From the NCBI GenBank assembly GCA_964016885.1, contig OZ024740.1, positions 262,942,001-263,006,000 of the forward strand: 64,000 bases of DNA, read 5' to 3'. Shown piece after piece: positions 32,901 through 47,299 of the stretch. Positions within the stretch are counted from its first letter, which is position 1; each line of letters begins with the position of its first letter. This stretch comes from Eledone cirrhosa (lineage: Eukaryota). A program made the translations under genes and the position numbers. The notes beneath the pieces were generated by a model, which was not told the origin of the DNA, ran no database searches, and was given only the letters and a program-made list of their open reading frames with translations.

Positions 32901-35085
32901 TAACAACATCAGTAACAACATCAGTATAAACATCAGTAACAACATCAGTAACAACACCAGTAACAACACCAGTAACAACAACAGTAACAACACCAGTAAC
33001 AACAACAGTAACAACAACACTAACAACAACAGTAACAACATCAGTAACAACATCAGTAACAACATCAGTTTACAACATCAGTAACAACATTAGTAACAAC
33101 ATAAGTAACAACAACAGTAACAACATCAGTAACAACAACAGTAACAACAGCAGTAACAACAACAGTAACAACAACAGTAACAACAACAGTAACAACACCA
33201 GTAACAACAACAATAACAACACCAGTAACAACATCAGTAACAACATCAGTAACAACAACAATAACAACACCACCAACAACATCAGTAACAACAACAGTAA
33301 CAACATCAGTAACAAAATCAGTAACAACCTCAGTAACAACAACAACGACAACAACAGTAACAACAACAGTAACAACATCAGTAACGACATCAGTAACAAC
33401 ATCAGTAACAACAACAATAACAACAACAGTAACAACAACAGTAACAACATCAGTAACAACATCAGTAACAACATCAGTAACAACATCAGTAACAACATCA
33501 GTAACAACATTAGTAACAACACCAGTAACAACATCAGTAACAACATCAGTAACAACAACAGTAACAACAACAGTAACAACATCAGTAACAACATCAGAAA
33601 CTAACACCAGTAACAACATCAGTAACAAGATCAGTAACAACAACAATGACAACAACAGTAACAACAACAGTAACAACATCAGTAACAACAACAGTAAAAA
33701 CATCAGTAACAACATCAGTAACAACACCAGTAACAACATCAGTAACAACAACAGTAACAACAACAGTAACAACAACAGTAACAGCATCAGTAACAACACC
33801 AGTAACAACATCAGTAACAACATCAGTAACAACATCAGTATCTAACACCAGTAACAATACCAGTAACAACATCAGTAACAACACCAGTAACAACACCAGT
33901 AACAACATCAGTAACAACATCAGTAACTAACACCAGAAACAACAACAGTAACAACATCAGTAACAACATCAGTAACAACATCAGTAACAACAGTAACGAC
34001 ACCAGTAACAACACCAGTAACAACAACAGTAACGACACCAGGAACAACATCACTAAAAACAACCGTAACGACACCAGTAACAAAACCAGTAACAACAACA
34101 GTAACAACAACAGTAACAACATCAGTAACAACAACAGTAACGACACCAGTAACAACATGGGTAACAACACCAGTAACAACACCAGGAACAACAACAGTAA
34201 CAACACCAGTAACAACAACAGTAATAACAACAGTAACAACAACAGTAACAACATCAGTAACAACATCAGTAACAACACCAGTAGCAACACCAGTAACAAT
34301 ACCAGTAACAACATCAGTAACAACAACAGTATCAACACCAGTAACAACAACAGTAACAACAACAGTAACAACATCAGTAACAACATCAGTAACAACACCA
34401 GTAACAACACCAGTAACAATACCAGTAACAACATCAGTAACATCACCAGTAACAACATCAGTAACAACATCAGTAACAACATCAGTAACAACAACAGTAA
34501 CAACAACAGTAACAACACCAGTAACAAATAACAGTAACAACACCAGTAACAACAACAGTAACAACAACACTAACAACAACAGTAACAACATCAGTAACAA
34601 CATCAGTAACAACATCAGTAACAACATCAGTAACAACAACAGTAACAACACCAGTAACAACATCAGTAACAACACCAGTAACAACACCAGTAACAACAAC
34701 GCTAACAACAACAGTAACAACAACACTAACAACAACTGTAACAACACCAGTAACAACATCAGTAACAACATCAGTAACAACATCAGTAACAACATCAGTA
34801 ACAACATCAGTAACAACACCAGTAACAACACCAGTAACAACACCAGTAACAACAACGCTAACAACAACAGTAACAACAACACTAACAACAACTGTAACAA
34901 CACCAGTAACAACATCAGTAACAACATCAGTAACAACATCAGTAACAACATCAGTAACAACATCAGTAACAACACCAGTAACAACACCAGTAACAACAAC
35001 AGTAACAACACCAGTAACAACAACAGTAACAACAACACTAACAACAACAGTAACAACATCAGTAACAACATCAGTAACAACATCA
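19410..35085. repeat. Homogeneous HOR core A-B-A-b(del)-A-B-A-B; A = 2174 bp (one copy 2150), B = 2018 bp, A+B = 4192 bp
   Basis: Marker spacings are 2174, 2018, 2174, 950, 2150, 2018, 2174 and 2018. A units carry GTATAAACATC (~21440, 25632, 28732, 32924) and GTAAAAACACC. B units carry GTAAAAACATC and lack GTATAAAC. Identical ORF translations (230, 124, 447, 387 aa) recur. Confidence 0.92.
25776..26725. repeat. Internally deleted B unit (950 bp; 1068 bp missing)
   Basis: It starts like B up to CCACCAAC (~25978), then jumps directly to AATACC/CATCACC/AAATAAC (~26058-26170). The GAAACTAAC, GTAACTAAC and CG-cluster landmarks are absent. Confidence 0.85.
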
Positions 35086-38000
35086 GTTTACAACATCAGT
35101 AACAACATTAGTAACAACATAAGTAACAACAACAGTAACAACATCAGTAACAACAACAGTAACAACAGCAGTAACAACAACAGTAACAACAACAGTAACA
35201 ACAACAGTAACAACAACAGTAACAACACCAGTAACAACAACAATAACAACACCAGTAACAACATCAGTAACAACATCAGTAACAACAACAATAACAACAC
35301 CACCAACAACATCAGTAACAACAACAGTAACAACATCAGTAACAAAATCAGTAACAACCTCAGTAACAACAACAACGACAACAACAGTAACAACAACAGT
35401 AACAACATCAGTAACGACATCAGTAACAACATCAGTAACAACAACAATAACAACAACAGTAACAACAACAGTAACAACATCAGTAACAACATCAGTAACA
35501 ACATCAGTAACAACATCAGTAACAACATTAGTAACAACACCAGTAACAACATCAGTAACAACATCAGTAACAACAACAGTAACAACAACAGTAACAACAT
35601 CAGTAACAACATCAGAAACTAACACCAGTAACAACATCAGTAACAAGATCAGTAACAACAACAATGACAACAACAGTAACAACAACAGTAACAACATAAG
35701 TAACAACAACAGTAAAAACATCAGTAACAACATCAGTAACAACACCAGTAACAACATCAGTAACAACAACAGTAACAACAACAGTAACAACAAAAGTAAC
35801 AACTTCAGTAACAACACAAGTAACAACATCAGTAACAACATCAGTAACAACATCAGTAACTAACACCAGTAACAATACCAGTAACAACATCAGTAACAAC
35901 ACCAGTAACAACACCAGTAACAACATCAGTAACAACATCAGTAACTAACACCAGAAACAACAACAGTAACAACATCAGTAACAACATCAGTAACAACATC
36001 AGTAACAACAGTAACGACACCAGTAACAACACCAGTAACAACAACAGTAACGACACCAGTAACAACATCACTAACAACAACCGTAACGACACCAGTAACA
36101 ACACCAGTAACAACAACAGTAACAACAACAGTAACAACATCAGTAACAACAACAGTAACGACACCAGTAACAACATGGGTAACAACACCAGTAACAACAC
36201 CAGGAACAACAACAGTAACAACACCAGTAACAACAACAGTAACAACAACAGTAACAACACCAGTAACAACAACAGTAACAACAACAGTAACAACACCAGT
36301 AACAACAACAGTAATAACAACAGTAACAACAAAAGTAACAACATCAGTAACAACATCAGTAACAACACCAGTAACAACACCAGTAACAATACCAGTAACA
36401 ACATCAGTAACAACAACAGTATCAACACCAGTAACAATAACAGTAACAACAACAGTAACAACATCAGTAACAACATCAGTAACAACACCAGTAACAACAC
36501 CAGTAACAATACCAGTAACAACATCAGTAACAACATAAGTAACAACATCAGTAACAACACCAGTAACAACACCAGTAACAACAACAGTAACAACACCAGT
36601 AACAACAACAGTAACAACAACACTAACAACAACAGTAACAACACCAGTAACAACATCAGTAACAACATCAGTAACAACATCAGTTTACAACATCAGTAAC
36701 AACATTAGTAACAACATAAGTAACAACAACAGTAACAACATCAGTAACAACAACGGTAACAACAGCAGTAACAACAACAGTAACAACAACAGTAACAACA
36801 ACAGTAACAACACCAGTAACAACAACAGTAACAACATCAGTAACAACATCAGTAACAGCACCAGTAACAACATCAGTAACAACACCAGTAACAACATCAG
36901 TAACAACATCAGTAACAACATAAGTAACAACATCAGTAACAACACCAGTAACAACACCAGTAACAACAACAGTAACAACACCAGTAACAACAACAGTAAC
37001 AACAACAGTAACAACACCAGTAACATCAACAATAACAACACCAGTAACAACATCAGTAACAACATCAGTAACAACAACAATAACAACACCACCAACCACA
37101 TCAGTAACAACAACAGTAACAACATCAGTAACAAAATCAGTAACAACCTCAGTAACAACAACAACGACAACAACAGTAACAACAACAGTAACAACATCAG
37201 TAACGACATCAGTAACAACATCAGTAACAACAACAATAACAACAACAGTAACAACAACAGTAACAACATCAGTAACAACATCAGTAACAACATCAGTAAC
37301 AACATCAGTAACAACATTAGTAACAACACCAGTAACAACATCAGTAACAACATCAGTAACAACAACAGTAACAACAACAGTAACAACATCAGTAACAACA
37401 TCAGAAACTAACACCAGTAACAACATCAGTAACAAGATCAGTAACAACAACAATGACAACAACAGTAACAACAACAGTAACAACATCAGTAACAACAACA
37501 GTAAAAACATCAGTAACAACATCAGTTACAACACCAGTAACAACATCAGTAACAACAACAGTAACAACAACAGTAACAACAACAGTAACAACACCAGGAA
37601 CAACAACAGTAACAACACCAGTAACAACAACAGTAATAACAACAGTAACAACAACAGTAACAACATCAGTAACAACATCAGTAACAACACCAGTAACAAC
37701 ACCAGTAACAATACCAGTAACAACATCAGTAACAACAACAGTATCAACAACAGTAACAACAACAGTAACAACAACAGTAACAACATCAGTAACAACATCA
37801 GTAACAACAACAACAGTAACAACACCAGTAACAATACCAGTAACAACATCAGTAACATCACCAGTAACAACATCAGTAACAACATCAGTAACAACATCAG
37901 TAACAACAACAGTAACAACAACAGTAACAACACCAGTAACAAATAACAGTAACAACACCAGTAACAACATCAGTAACAACATCAGTAACAACATAAGTAA

Positions 38001-41000
38001 CAACATCAGTAACAACACCAGTAACAACACCAGTAACAACAACAGTAACAACACCAGTAACAACAACAGTAACAACAACACTAACAACAACAGTAACAAC
38101 ATCAGTAACAACATCAGTAACAACATCAGTAACAACATCAGTAACAACATCAGTAACAACAACAGTAACAACACCAGTAACAACATCAGTAACAACACCA
38201 GTAACAACACAAGTAACAACAACGCTAACAACAACAGTAACAACAACACTAACAACAACTGTAACAACACCAGTAACAACATCAGTAACAACATCAGTAA
38301 CAACATCAGTAACAACATCAGTAACAACATCAGTAACAACACCAGTAACAACACCAGTAACAACAACAGTAACAACACCAGTAACAACAACAGTAACAAC
38401 AACACTAACAACAACAGTAACAACATCAGTAACAACATCAGTAACAACATCAGTTTACAACATCAGTAACAACATTAGTAACAACATAAGTAACAACAAC
38501 AGTAACAACATCAGTAACAACATCAGTAACAACAACAGTAACAACAACAGTAACAACATCAGTAACAACATCAGAAACTAACACCAGTAACAACATCAGT
38601 AACAAGATCAGTAACAACAACAATGACAACAACAGTAACAACAACTGTAACAACACCAGTAACAACATCAGTAACAACATCAGTAACGACATCAGTAACA
38701 ACATCAGTAACAACAACAATAACAACAACAGTAACAACAACAGTAACAACATCAGTAACAACATCAGTAACAACATCAGTAACAACATCAGTAACAACAT
38801 TAGTAACAACACCAGTAACAACATCAGTAACAACATCAGTAACAACAACAGTAACAACAACAGTAACAACATCAGTAACAACATCAGAAACTAACACCAG
38901 TAACAACATCAGTAACAAGATCAGTAACAAGAACAATGACAACAACAATAACAACAACAGTAACAACATCAGTAACAACAACAGTAAAAACATCAGTAAC
39001 AACATCAGTTACAACACCAGTAACAACATCAGTAACAACAACAGTAACAACAACAGTAACAACAACAGTAACAGCATCAGTAACAACACCAGTAACAACA
39101 TCAGTAACAACATCAGTAACAACATCAGTAACTAACACCAGTAACAATACCAGTAACAACATCAGTAACAACACCAGTAACAACACCAGTAACAACATCA
39201 GTAACAACATCAGTAACTAACACCAGAAACAACAACAGTAACAACATCAGTAACAACATCAGTAACAACATCAGTAACAACATCAGTAACAACAGTAACG
39301 ACACCAGTAACAACACCAGTAACAACAACAGTAACGACACCAGTAACAACATCACTAACAACAACCGTAACGACACCAGTAACAACACCAGTAACAACAA
39401 CAGTAACAACATCAGTAACAACATCAGTAACAACAACAGTAACGACACCAGTAACAACATCGGTAACAACACCAGTAACAACACCAGGAACAACAACAGT
39501 AACAACACCAGTAACAACAACAGTAATAACAACAGTAACAACGACAGTAACAACATCAGTAACAACATCAGTAACAATACCAGTAACAACATCAGTAACA
39601 TCACCAGTAACAACATCAGTAACAACATCAGTAACAACATCAGTAACAACAACAGTAACAACAACAGTAACAACACCAGTAACAAATAACAGTAACAACA
39701 CCAGTAACAACATCAGTAACAACATCAGTAACAACATAAGTAACAACATCAGTAACAACACCAGTAACAACACCAGTAACAACAACAGTAACAACACCAG
39801 TAACAACAACAGTAACAACAACACTAACAACAACAGTAACAACATCAGTAACAACATCAGTAACAACATCAGTAACAACATCAGTAACAACATCAGTAAC
39901 AACAACAGTAACAACACCAGTAACAACATCAGTAACAACACCAGTAACAACACCAGTAACAACAACGCTAACAACAACAGTAACAACAACACTAACAACA
40001 ACTGTAACAACACCAGTAACAACATCAGTAACAACATCAGTAACAACATCAGTAACAACATCAGTAACAACATCAGTAACAACACCAGTAACAACACCAG
40101 TAACAACAACAGTAACAACAGCAGTAACAACAACAGTAACAACAACACTAACAACAACAGTAACAACATCAGTAACAACATCAGTAACAACATCAGTTTA
40201 CAACATCAGTAACAACATTAGTAACAACATAAGTAACAACAACAGTAACAACATCAGTAACAACAACAGTAACAACAGCAGTAACAACAACAGTAACAAC
40301 AACAGTAACAACAACAGTAACAACACCAGTAACAACAACAGGAACAACAACAGTTACAACATCAGTAAAAACAACAGTAACAACACAAGTAACAACATCA
40401 GTAACAACAACAGTAACAACACCAGTAACAACAACAGTAACAACACCAGTAACAACAACAGTAACAACACCAGTAACAACAACAGTAACAACAACAGTAA
40501 CAACATCAGTAACAACAACAGTAACAACAACAGTAACAACACAAGTAACAACATCAGTAACAACAACAGTAACAACACCAGTAACAACAACAGTAACAAC
40601 ACCAGTAACAACAACAGTAACAACACCAGTAACAACACCAGTAACAACACCAGTAACAACAACATTAACAATAACAGTAACAACACCAGTAACAACAACA
40701 GTAACAACACCAGTAACAACAACAGTAACAACACCAGTAACAACATCAGTAACAACACCAGTAACAACAACAGTAACAACAACAGTAACAACACCAGTAA
40801 CATCAACAGTAACAACACCAGTAACAACATCAGTAACATCAACAGTAACAACAACAGTAACAACATCAGTAACAACATCAGTAACAACATCAGTAACAAC
40901 ATCAGTAACAACAACAGTAACAACAACAGTAACAACATCAGTAACAACAACAGTAACAACATCAGTAACAACAACAGTAACAACAACAGTAACAACAACA

Positions 41001-42269
41001 GTAACAACACCAGTAACAACAACAGTAACAACAACAGTAACAACACCAGTAACAACAACAGTAACAACAACAGTAACAACACCAGTAACAACAACAGTAA
41101 CAACACCAGTAACAACAACAGTAACAACATGAGTAACAACATGAGTAACAACATCAGTAACAACAACAGTAACAACACCAGTAACAACACCAGTAAGAAC
41201 AACAGTAACAACAACAGTAACAACATCAGTAACAACATCAGTAACAACACCAGTAACAACACCAGTAACAACAACAGTAACAACAACAGTAACAACAACA
41301 GTAACAACAACAGTAACAACACCAGTAACATCAACAATAACAACACCAGTAACAACATCAGTAACAACATCAGCAACAACAACAATAACAACACCAGCAA
41401 CCACATCAGTAACAACAACAGTAACAACATCAGTAACAACATCAGTAACAACCTTAGTAATAACAACAACGACAACAACAGTAACAACAACAGTAACAAC
41501 ATCAGTAACGACATCAGTAACAACATCAGTAACAACAACAATAACAACAACAGTAACAACAACAGTAACAACATCAGTAACAACATCAGTAACAACATTA
41601 GTAACAACACCAGTAACAACATCAGTAACAACATCAGTAACAACAACAGTAACAACAACAGTAACAACATCAGTAACAACATCAGAAACTAACACCAGTA
41701 ACAACATCAGTAACAAGATCAGTAACAACAACAATGACAACAACAGTAACAACAACAGTAACAACATCAGTAACAACAACAGTAACAACATCAGTAACAA
41801 CATCAGTAACAACACCAGTAACAACATCAGTAACAACAACAATAACAGCATCAGTAACAACGTCAGTAACAACAACATTAACAACAACAGTAACAACATT
41901 AGTAACAACTTCAGTAACAACGTCAGTAACAACAACAGTAACAACAGCAGTAACAACACCAGTAACAACACCAGTAACAACAACAGTAACAACAACAGTA
42001 ACAACAACAGTAACAGCATCAGTAACAACCTCAGTAACAACACCAGTAACAACACCAGTAACAATACCAGTAACAACATCAGTAACAACATCAGTAACAA
42101 CATCAGTAACTAACACCAGTAACAACATCAGTAACAACATCAGTAACAACATCAGTAACTAACACCAGTAACAATACCAGTAACAACATCAGTAACAACA
42201 CCAGTAACAACACCAGTAACAACATCAGTAACAACATCAGTAACTAACACCAGAAATAACAACAGTAAC

Positions 42270-45200
42270 AACATCAGTAACAACATCAGTAACAACATCA
42301 GTAACAACATCAATAACAACAGTAACGACACCAGTAACACCACCAGTAACAACAACAGTAACGACACCAGTAACAACATCACTAACAACAACCGTAACGA
42401 CACCAGTAACAACACCAGTAACAACAACAGTAACAACATCAGTAACAACATCAGTAACAACAACAGTAACGACACCAGTAACAACATCGGTAACAACACC
42501 AGTAACAACACCAGGAACAACAACAGTAACAACACCAGTAACAACAACAGTAACAACAACAGTAACAACATCAGTAACAACATCAGTAACAACACCAGTA
42601 ACAACACCAGTAACAATACCAGTAACAACATCAGTAACAACAACAGTAACAACATCGGTAACAACACCAGTAACAACAGCAGTAACAACAACAGTAACAA
42701 CACCAGTAACAACACCCGTAACAACACCAGTAACAACAACAGTAACACCAACAGTAACAACATCAGTAACAACAACAGTAACAGTACCAGTAACAACACC
42801 AGTAACAATACCAGTAACAACATCAGTAACAACACCAGTAACAACATCAGTAACAACAACAGTAACAACATCAGTAACAACAACAGTAACAACAACAGTA
42901 ACAACATCAGTAACAACATCAGTAACAACACCAGTAACAACACCAGTAACAATACCAGTAACAACATCAGTAACAACACCAGTAACAACATCAGTAACAA
43001 CATCAGTAACAACAACAGTAACAACAACAGTAACAACACCAGTAACAAATAACAGTAACAACACCAGTAACAACATCAGTAACAACATCAGTAACAACAT
43101 AGGTAACAACATCAGTAACAAACACCAGTAACAACACCAGTAACAACAACAGTAACAACACCAGTAACAACAACAGTAACAACAACACTAACAACAACAG
43201 TAACAACATCAGTAACAACATCAGTAACAACATCAGTAACAACATCAGTAACAACATCAGTAACAACAACAGTAACAACACCAGTAACAACAACGGTAAC
43301 AACACCAGTAACAACAACAGTAACAACAACGCTAACAACAACAGTAACAACAACACTAACAACAACTGTAACAACACCAGTAACAACATCAGTAACAACA
43401 TCAGTAACAACATCAGTAACAACATAAGTAACAACATCAGTAACAACACCAGAAACAACACCAGTAACAACAACAGTAACAACACCAGTAACAACAACAG
43501 TAACAACAACACTAACAACAACAGTAACAACATCAGTAACAACATCAGTTTACAACATCAGTAACAACATTAGTAACAACAACAGTAACAACAACAGTAA
43601 CAACATCAGTAACAACAACAGTAACAACAGCAGTAACAACAACAGTAACAACAACAGTAACAACAACAGTAACAACAACAGTAACAACACCAGTAACAAC
43701 AACAGTAACAACAACAGTAACAACATCAGTAAATCAACAGTAACAACACAAGTAACAACATCAGTAACAACAACAGTAACAACACCAGTAACAACAACAG
43801 TAACAACACCAGTAACAACAACAGTAACAACAACAGTAACAACATCAGTAACAACAACAGTAACAACAACAGTAACAACACAAGTAACAACATCAGTAAC
43901 AACAACAGTAACAACGCCAGTAACAACAACAGTAACAACACCAGTAACAACAACAGTAACAACACCAGTAACAACACCAGTAACAACACCAGTAACAACA
44001 ACAGTAACAACAACAGTAACAACACCAGTAACAACAACAGTAACAGCACCAGTAACAACAATAGTAACAACACCAGTAACAACAACAGTAACAACAACAG
44101 TAACAACACCAGTAACAACAACAGTAACAACAACAGTAACAACATCAGTAACAACAACAGTAACAACACAAGTAACAACATCAGTAACAACAACAGTAAC
44201 AACACCAGTAACAACAACAGTAACAACAACAGTAACAACAACAGTAAGAACACCAGTAACAACAACAGTAACAACAACAGTAACAACATCAGTAACAACA
44301 ACAGTAACAACACAAGTAACAACAACAGTAACAACAACAGTAACAACACCAGTAACAACAACAGTAACAACACCAGTAACAACAACAGTTACAACAACAG
44401 TAACAACACCAGTAACAACAACATTAACAACAACAGTAACAACACCAGTAACAACAACAGTAACAACACCAGTAACAACATCAGTAACAACAACAGTAAC
44501 AACACAAGTAACAACATCAGTAACAACACCAGTAACAACAACAGTAACAACAACAGTAACAACATCAGTAACAACACCAGTAACAACAACAGTAACAACA
44601 ACAGTAACAACACCAGTAACAACACCAGTAACAACAACAGTAACATCATCAGTAACAACATCAGTAACAATACCAGTAACAACAACAGTAACAACACCAG
44701 TAACAACACCAGTAATAACAACAGTAACACCATCAGTAACAACATCAGTAACAACATCAGTAACAACATCAATAACAACAGTAACGACACCAGTAACAAC
44801 ACCAGTAACAACAACAGTAACGACACCAGTAACAACATCACTAACAACAACCGTAACGACACCAGTAACAACACCAGTAACAACAACAGTAACAACATCA
44901 GTAACAACATCAGTAACAACAACAGTAACGACACCAGTAACAACATCGGTAACAACACCAGTAACAACACCAGGAACAACAACAGTAACAACACCAGTAA
45001 CAACAACAGTAACAACAACAGTAACAACATCAGTAACAACATCAGTAACAACACCAGTAACAACACCAGTAACAATACCAGTAACAACATCAGTAACAAC
45101 AACAGTAACAACATCGGTAACAACACCAGTAACAACAGCAGTAACAACAACAGTAACAACACCAGTAACAACACCCGTAACAACACCAGTAACAACAACA

Positions 45201-47180
45201 GTAACACCAACAGTAACAACATCAGTAACAACAACAGTAACAGTACCAGTAACAACACCAGTAACAATACCAGTAACAACATCAGTAACAACACCAGTAA
45301 CAACATCAGTAACAACAACAGTAACAACATCAGTAACAATAACAGTAACAACAACAGTAACAACATCAGTAACAACATCAGTAACAACACCAGTAACAAC
45401 ACCAGTAACAATACCAGTAACAACATCAGTAACAACACCAGTAACAACATCAGTAACAACATCAGTAACAACAACAGTAACAACAACAGTAACAACACCA
45501 GTAACAAATAACAGTAACAACACCAGTAACAACATCAGTAACAACATCAGTAACAACATAGGTAACAACATCAGTAACAAACACCAGTAACAACACCAGT
45601 AACAACAACAGTAACAACACCAGTAACAACAACAGTAACAACAACACTAACAACAACAGTAACAACATCAGTAACAACATCAGTAACAACATCAGTAACA
45701 ACATCAGTAACAACATCAGTAACAACAACAGTAACAACACCAGTAACAACAACAGTAACAACACCAGTAACAACAACAGTAACAACAACGCTAACAACAA
45801 CAGTAACAACAACACTAACAACAACTGTAACAACACCAGTAACAACATCAGTAACAACATCAGTAACAACATCAGTAACAACATAAGTAACAACATCAGT
45901 AACAACACCAGAAACAACACCAGTAACAACAACAGTAACAACACCAGTAACAACAACAGTAACAACAACACTAACAACAACAGTAACAACATCAGTAACA
46001 ACATCAGTTTACAACATCAGTAACAACATTAGTAACAACAACAGTAACAACAACAGTAACAACATCAGTAACAACAACAGTAACAACAGCAGTAACAACA
46101 ACAGTAACAACAACAGTAACAACAACAGTAACAACAACAGTAACAACACCAGTAACAACAACAGTAACAACAACAGTAACAACATCAGTAAATCAACAGT
46201 AACAACACAAGTAACAACATCAGTAACAACAACAGTAACAACACCAGTAACAACAACAGTAACAACACCAGTAACAACAACAGTAACAACAACAGTAACA
46301 ACATCAGTAACAACAACAGTAACAACAACAGTAACAACACAAGTAACAACATCAGTAACAACAACAGTAACAACGCCAGTAACAACAACAGTAACAACAC
46401 CAGTAACAACAACAGTAACAACACCAGTAACAACACCAGTAACAACACCAGTAACAACAACAGTAACAACAACAGTAACAACACCAGTAACAACAACAGT
46501 AACAGCACCAGTAACAACAATAGTAACAACACCAGTAACAACAACAGTAACAACAACAGTAACAACACCAGTAACAACAACAGTAACAACAACAGTAACA
46601 ACATCAGTAACAACAACAGTAACAACACAAGTAACAACATCAGTAACAACAACAGTAACAACACCAGTAACAACAACAGTAACAACAACAGTAACAACAA
46701 CAGTAAGAACACCAGTAACAACAACAGTAACAACAACAGTAACAACATCAGTAACAACAACAGTAACAACACAAGTAACAACAACAGTAACAACAACAGT
46801 AACAACACCAGTAACAACAACAGTAACAACACCAGTAACAACAACAGTTACAACAACAGTAACAACACCAGTAACAACAACATTAACAACAACAGTAACA
46901 ACACCAGTAACAACAACAGTAACAACACCAGTAACAACATCAGTAACAACAACAGTAACAACACAAGTAACAACATCAGTAACAACACCAGTAACAACAA
47001 CAGTAACAACAACAGTAACAACATCAGTAACAACACCAGTAACAACAACAGTAACAACAACAGTAACAACACCAGTAACAACACCAGTAACAACAACAGT
47101 AACAACATCAGTAACAACATCAGTAACAATACCAGTAACAACAACAGTAACAACACCAGTAACAACACCAGTAATAACAA
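42270..47180. repeat. Near-identical tandem duplication, 2459-bp period
   Basis: ORF pairs 43003/45462, 43726/46185 and 44389/46848 are all at offset 2459. Both copies share the rare ATAGGT, GTAACAAACACC and GTAAATCAACA (43729/46188). Confidence 0.9.
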
Positions 47181-47299
47181 CACCAGTAACAACACCAGTA
47201 ATAACAACAGTAACAACTACAGTAACAAAATCAGTAACACCAGTAACAACAACAGTAACAACATAAGTAACAACAACAATAACAACACCAGTAACAACA

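Larger units (their letters stand above)
14373..40195. repeat. Central higher-order repeat domain, units ~1-3 kb delimited by the 13-bp monomer GTTTACAACATCA
   Basis: The marker sits at 14373, 16465*, 19410*, 21584, 23602, 25776, 26726, 28876, 30894, 33068, 35086, 36683, 38453 and 40196 (* = ATTTAC). Landmark order within full-length units is conserved: ATTAGT/ATAAGT, CCACCA, GAAACTAAC, AAGATC, AATGAC, two GTAACTAAC, CG cluster, CATCACC, AAATAAC, ACGCTA. Confidence 0.9.

Noticed and set aside
14373-40195. One giant mucin or adhesin exon spanning the HOR domain
   Set aside because: The Thr-rich frame is broken by about five +1 monomers and a TAA variant in each unit, all faithfully amplified.
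804-41692. Asn-rich + strand ORFs as Plasmodium/Dictyostelium-like low-complexity proteins
   Set aside because: There is no non-repetitive domain, the ATGs are sporadic point variants (ATGAGT, ATGGGT), and the ORFs recur as parts of DNA-level duplications.
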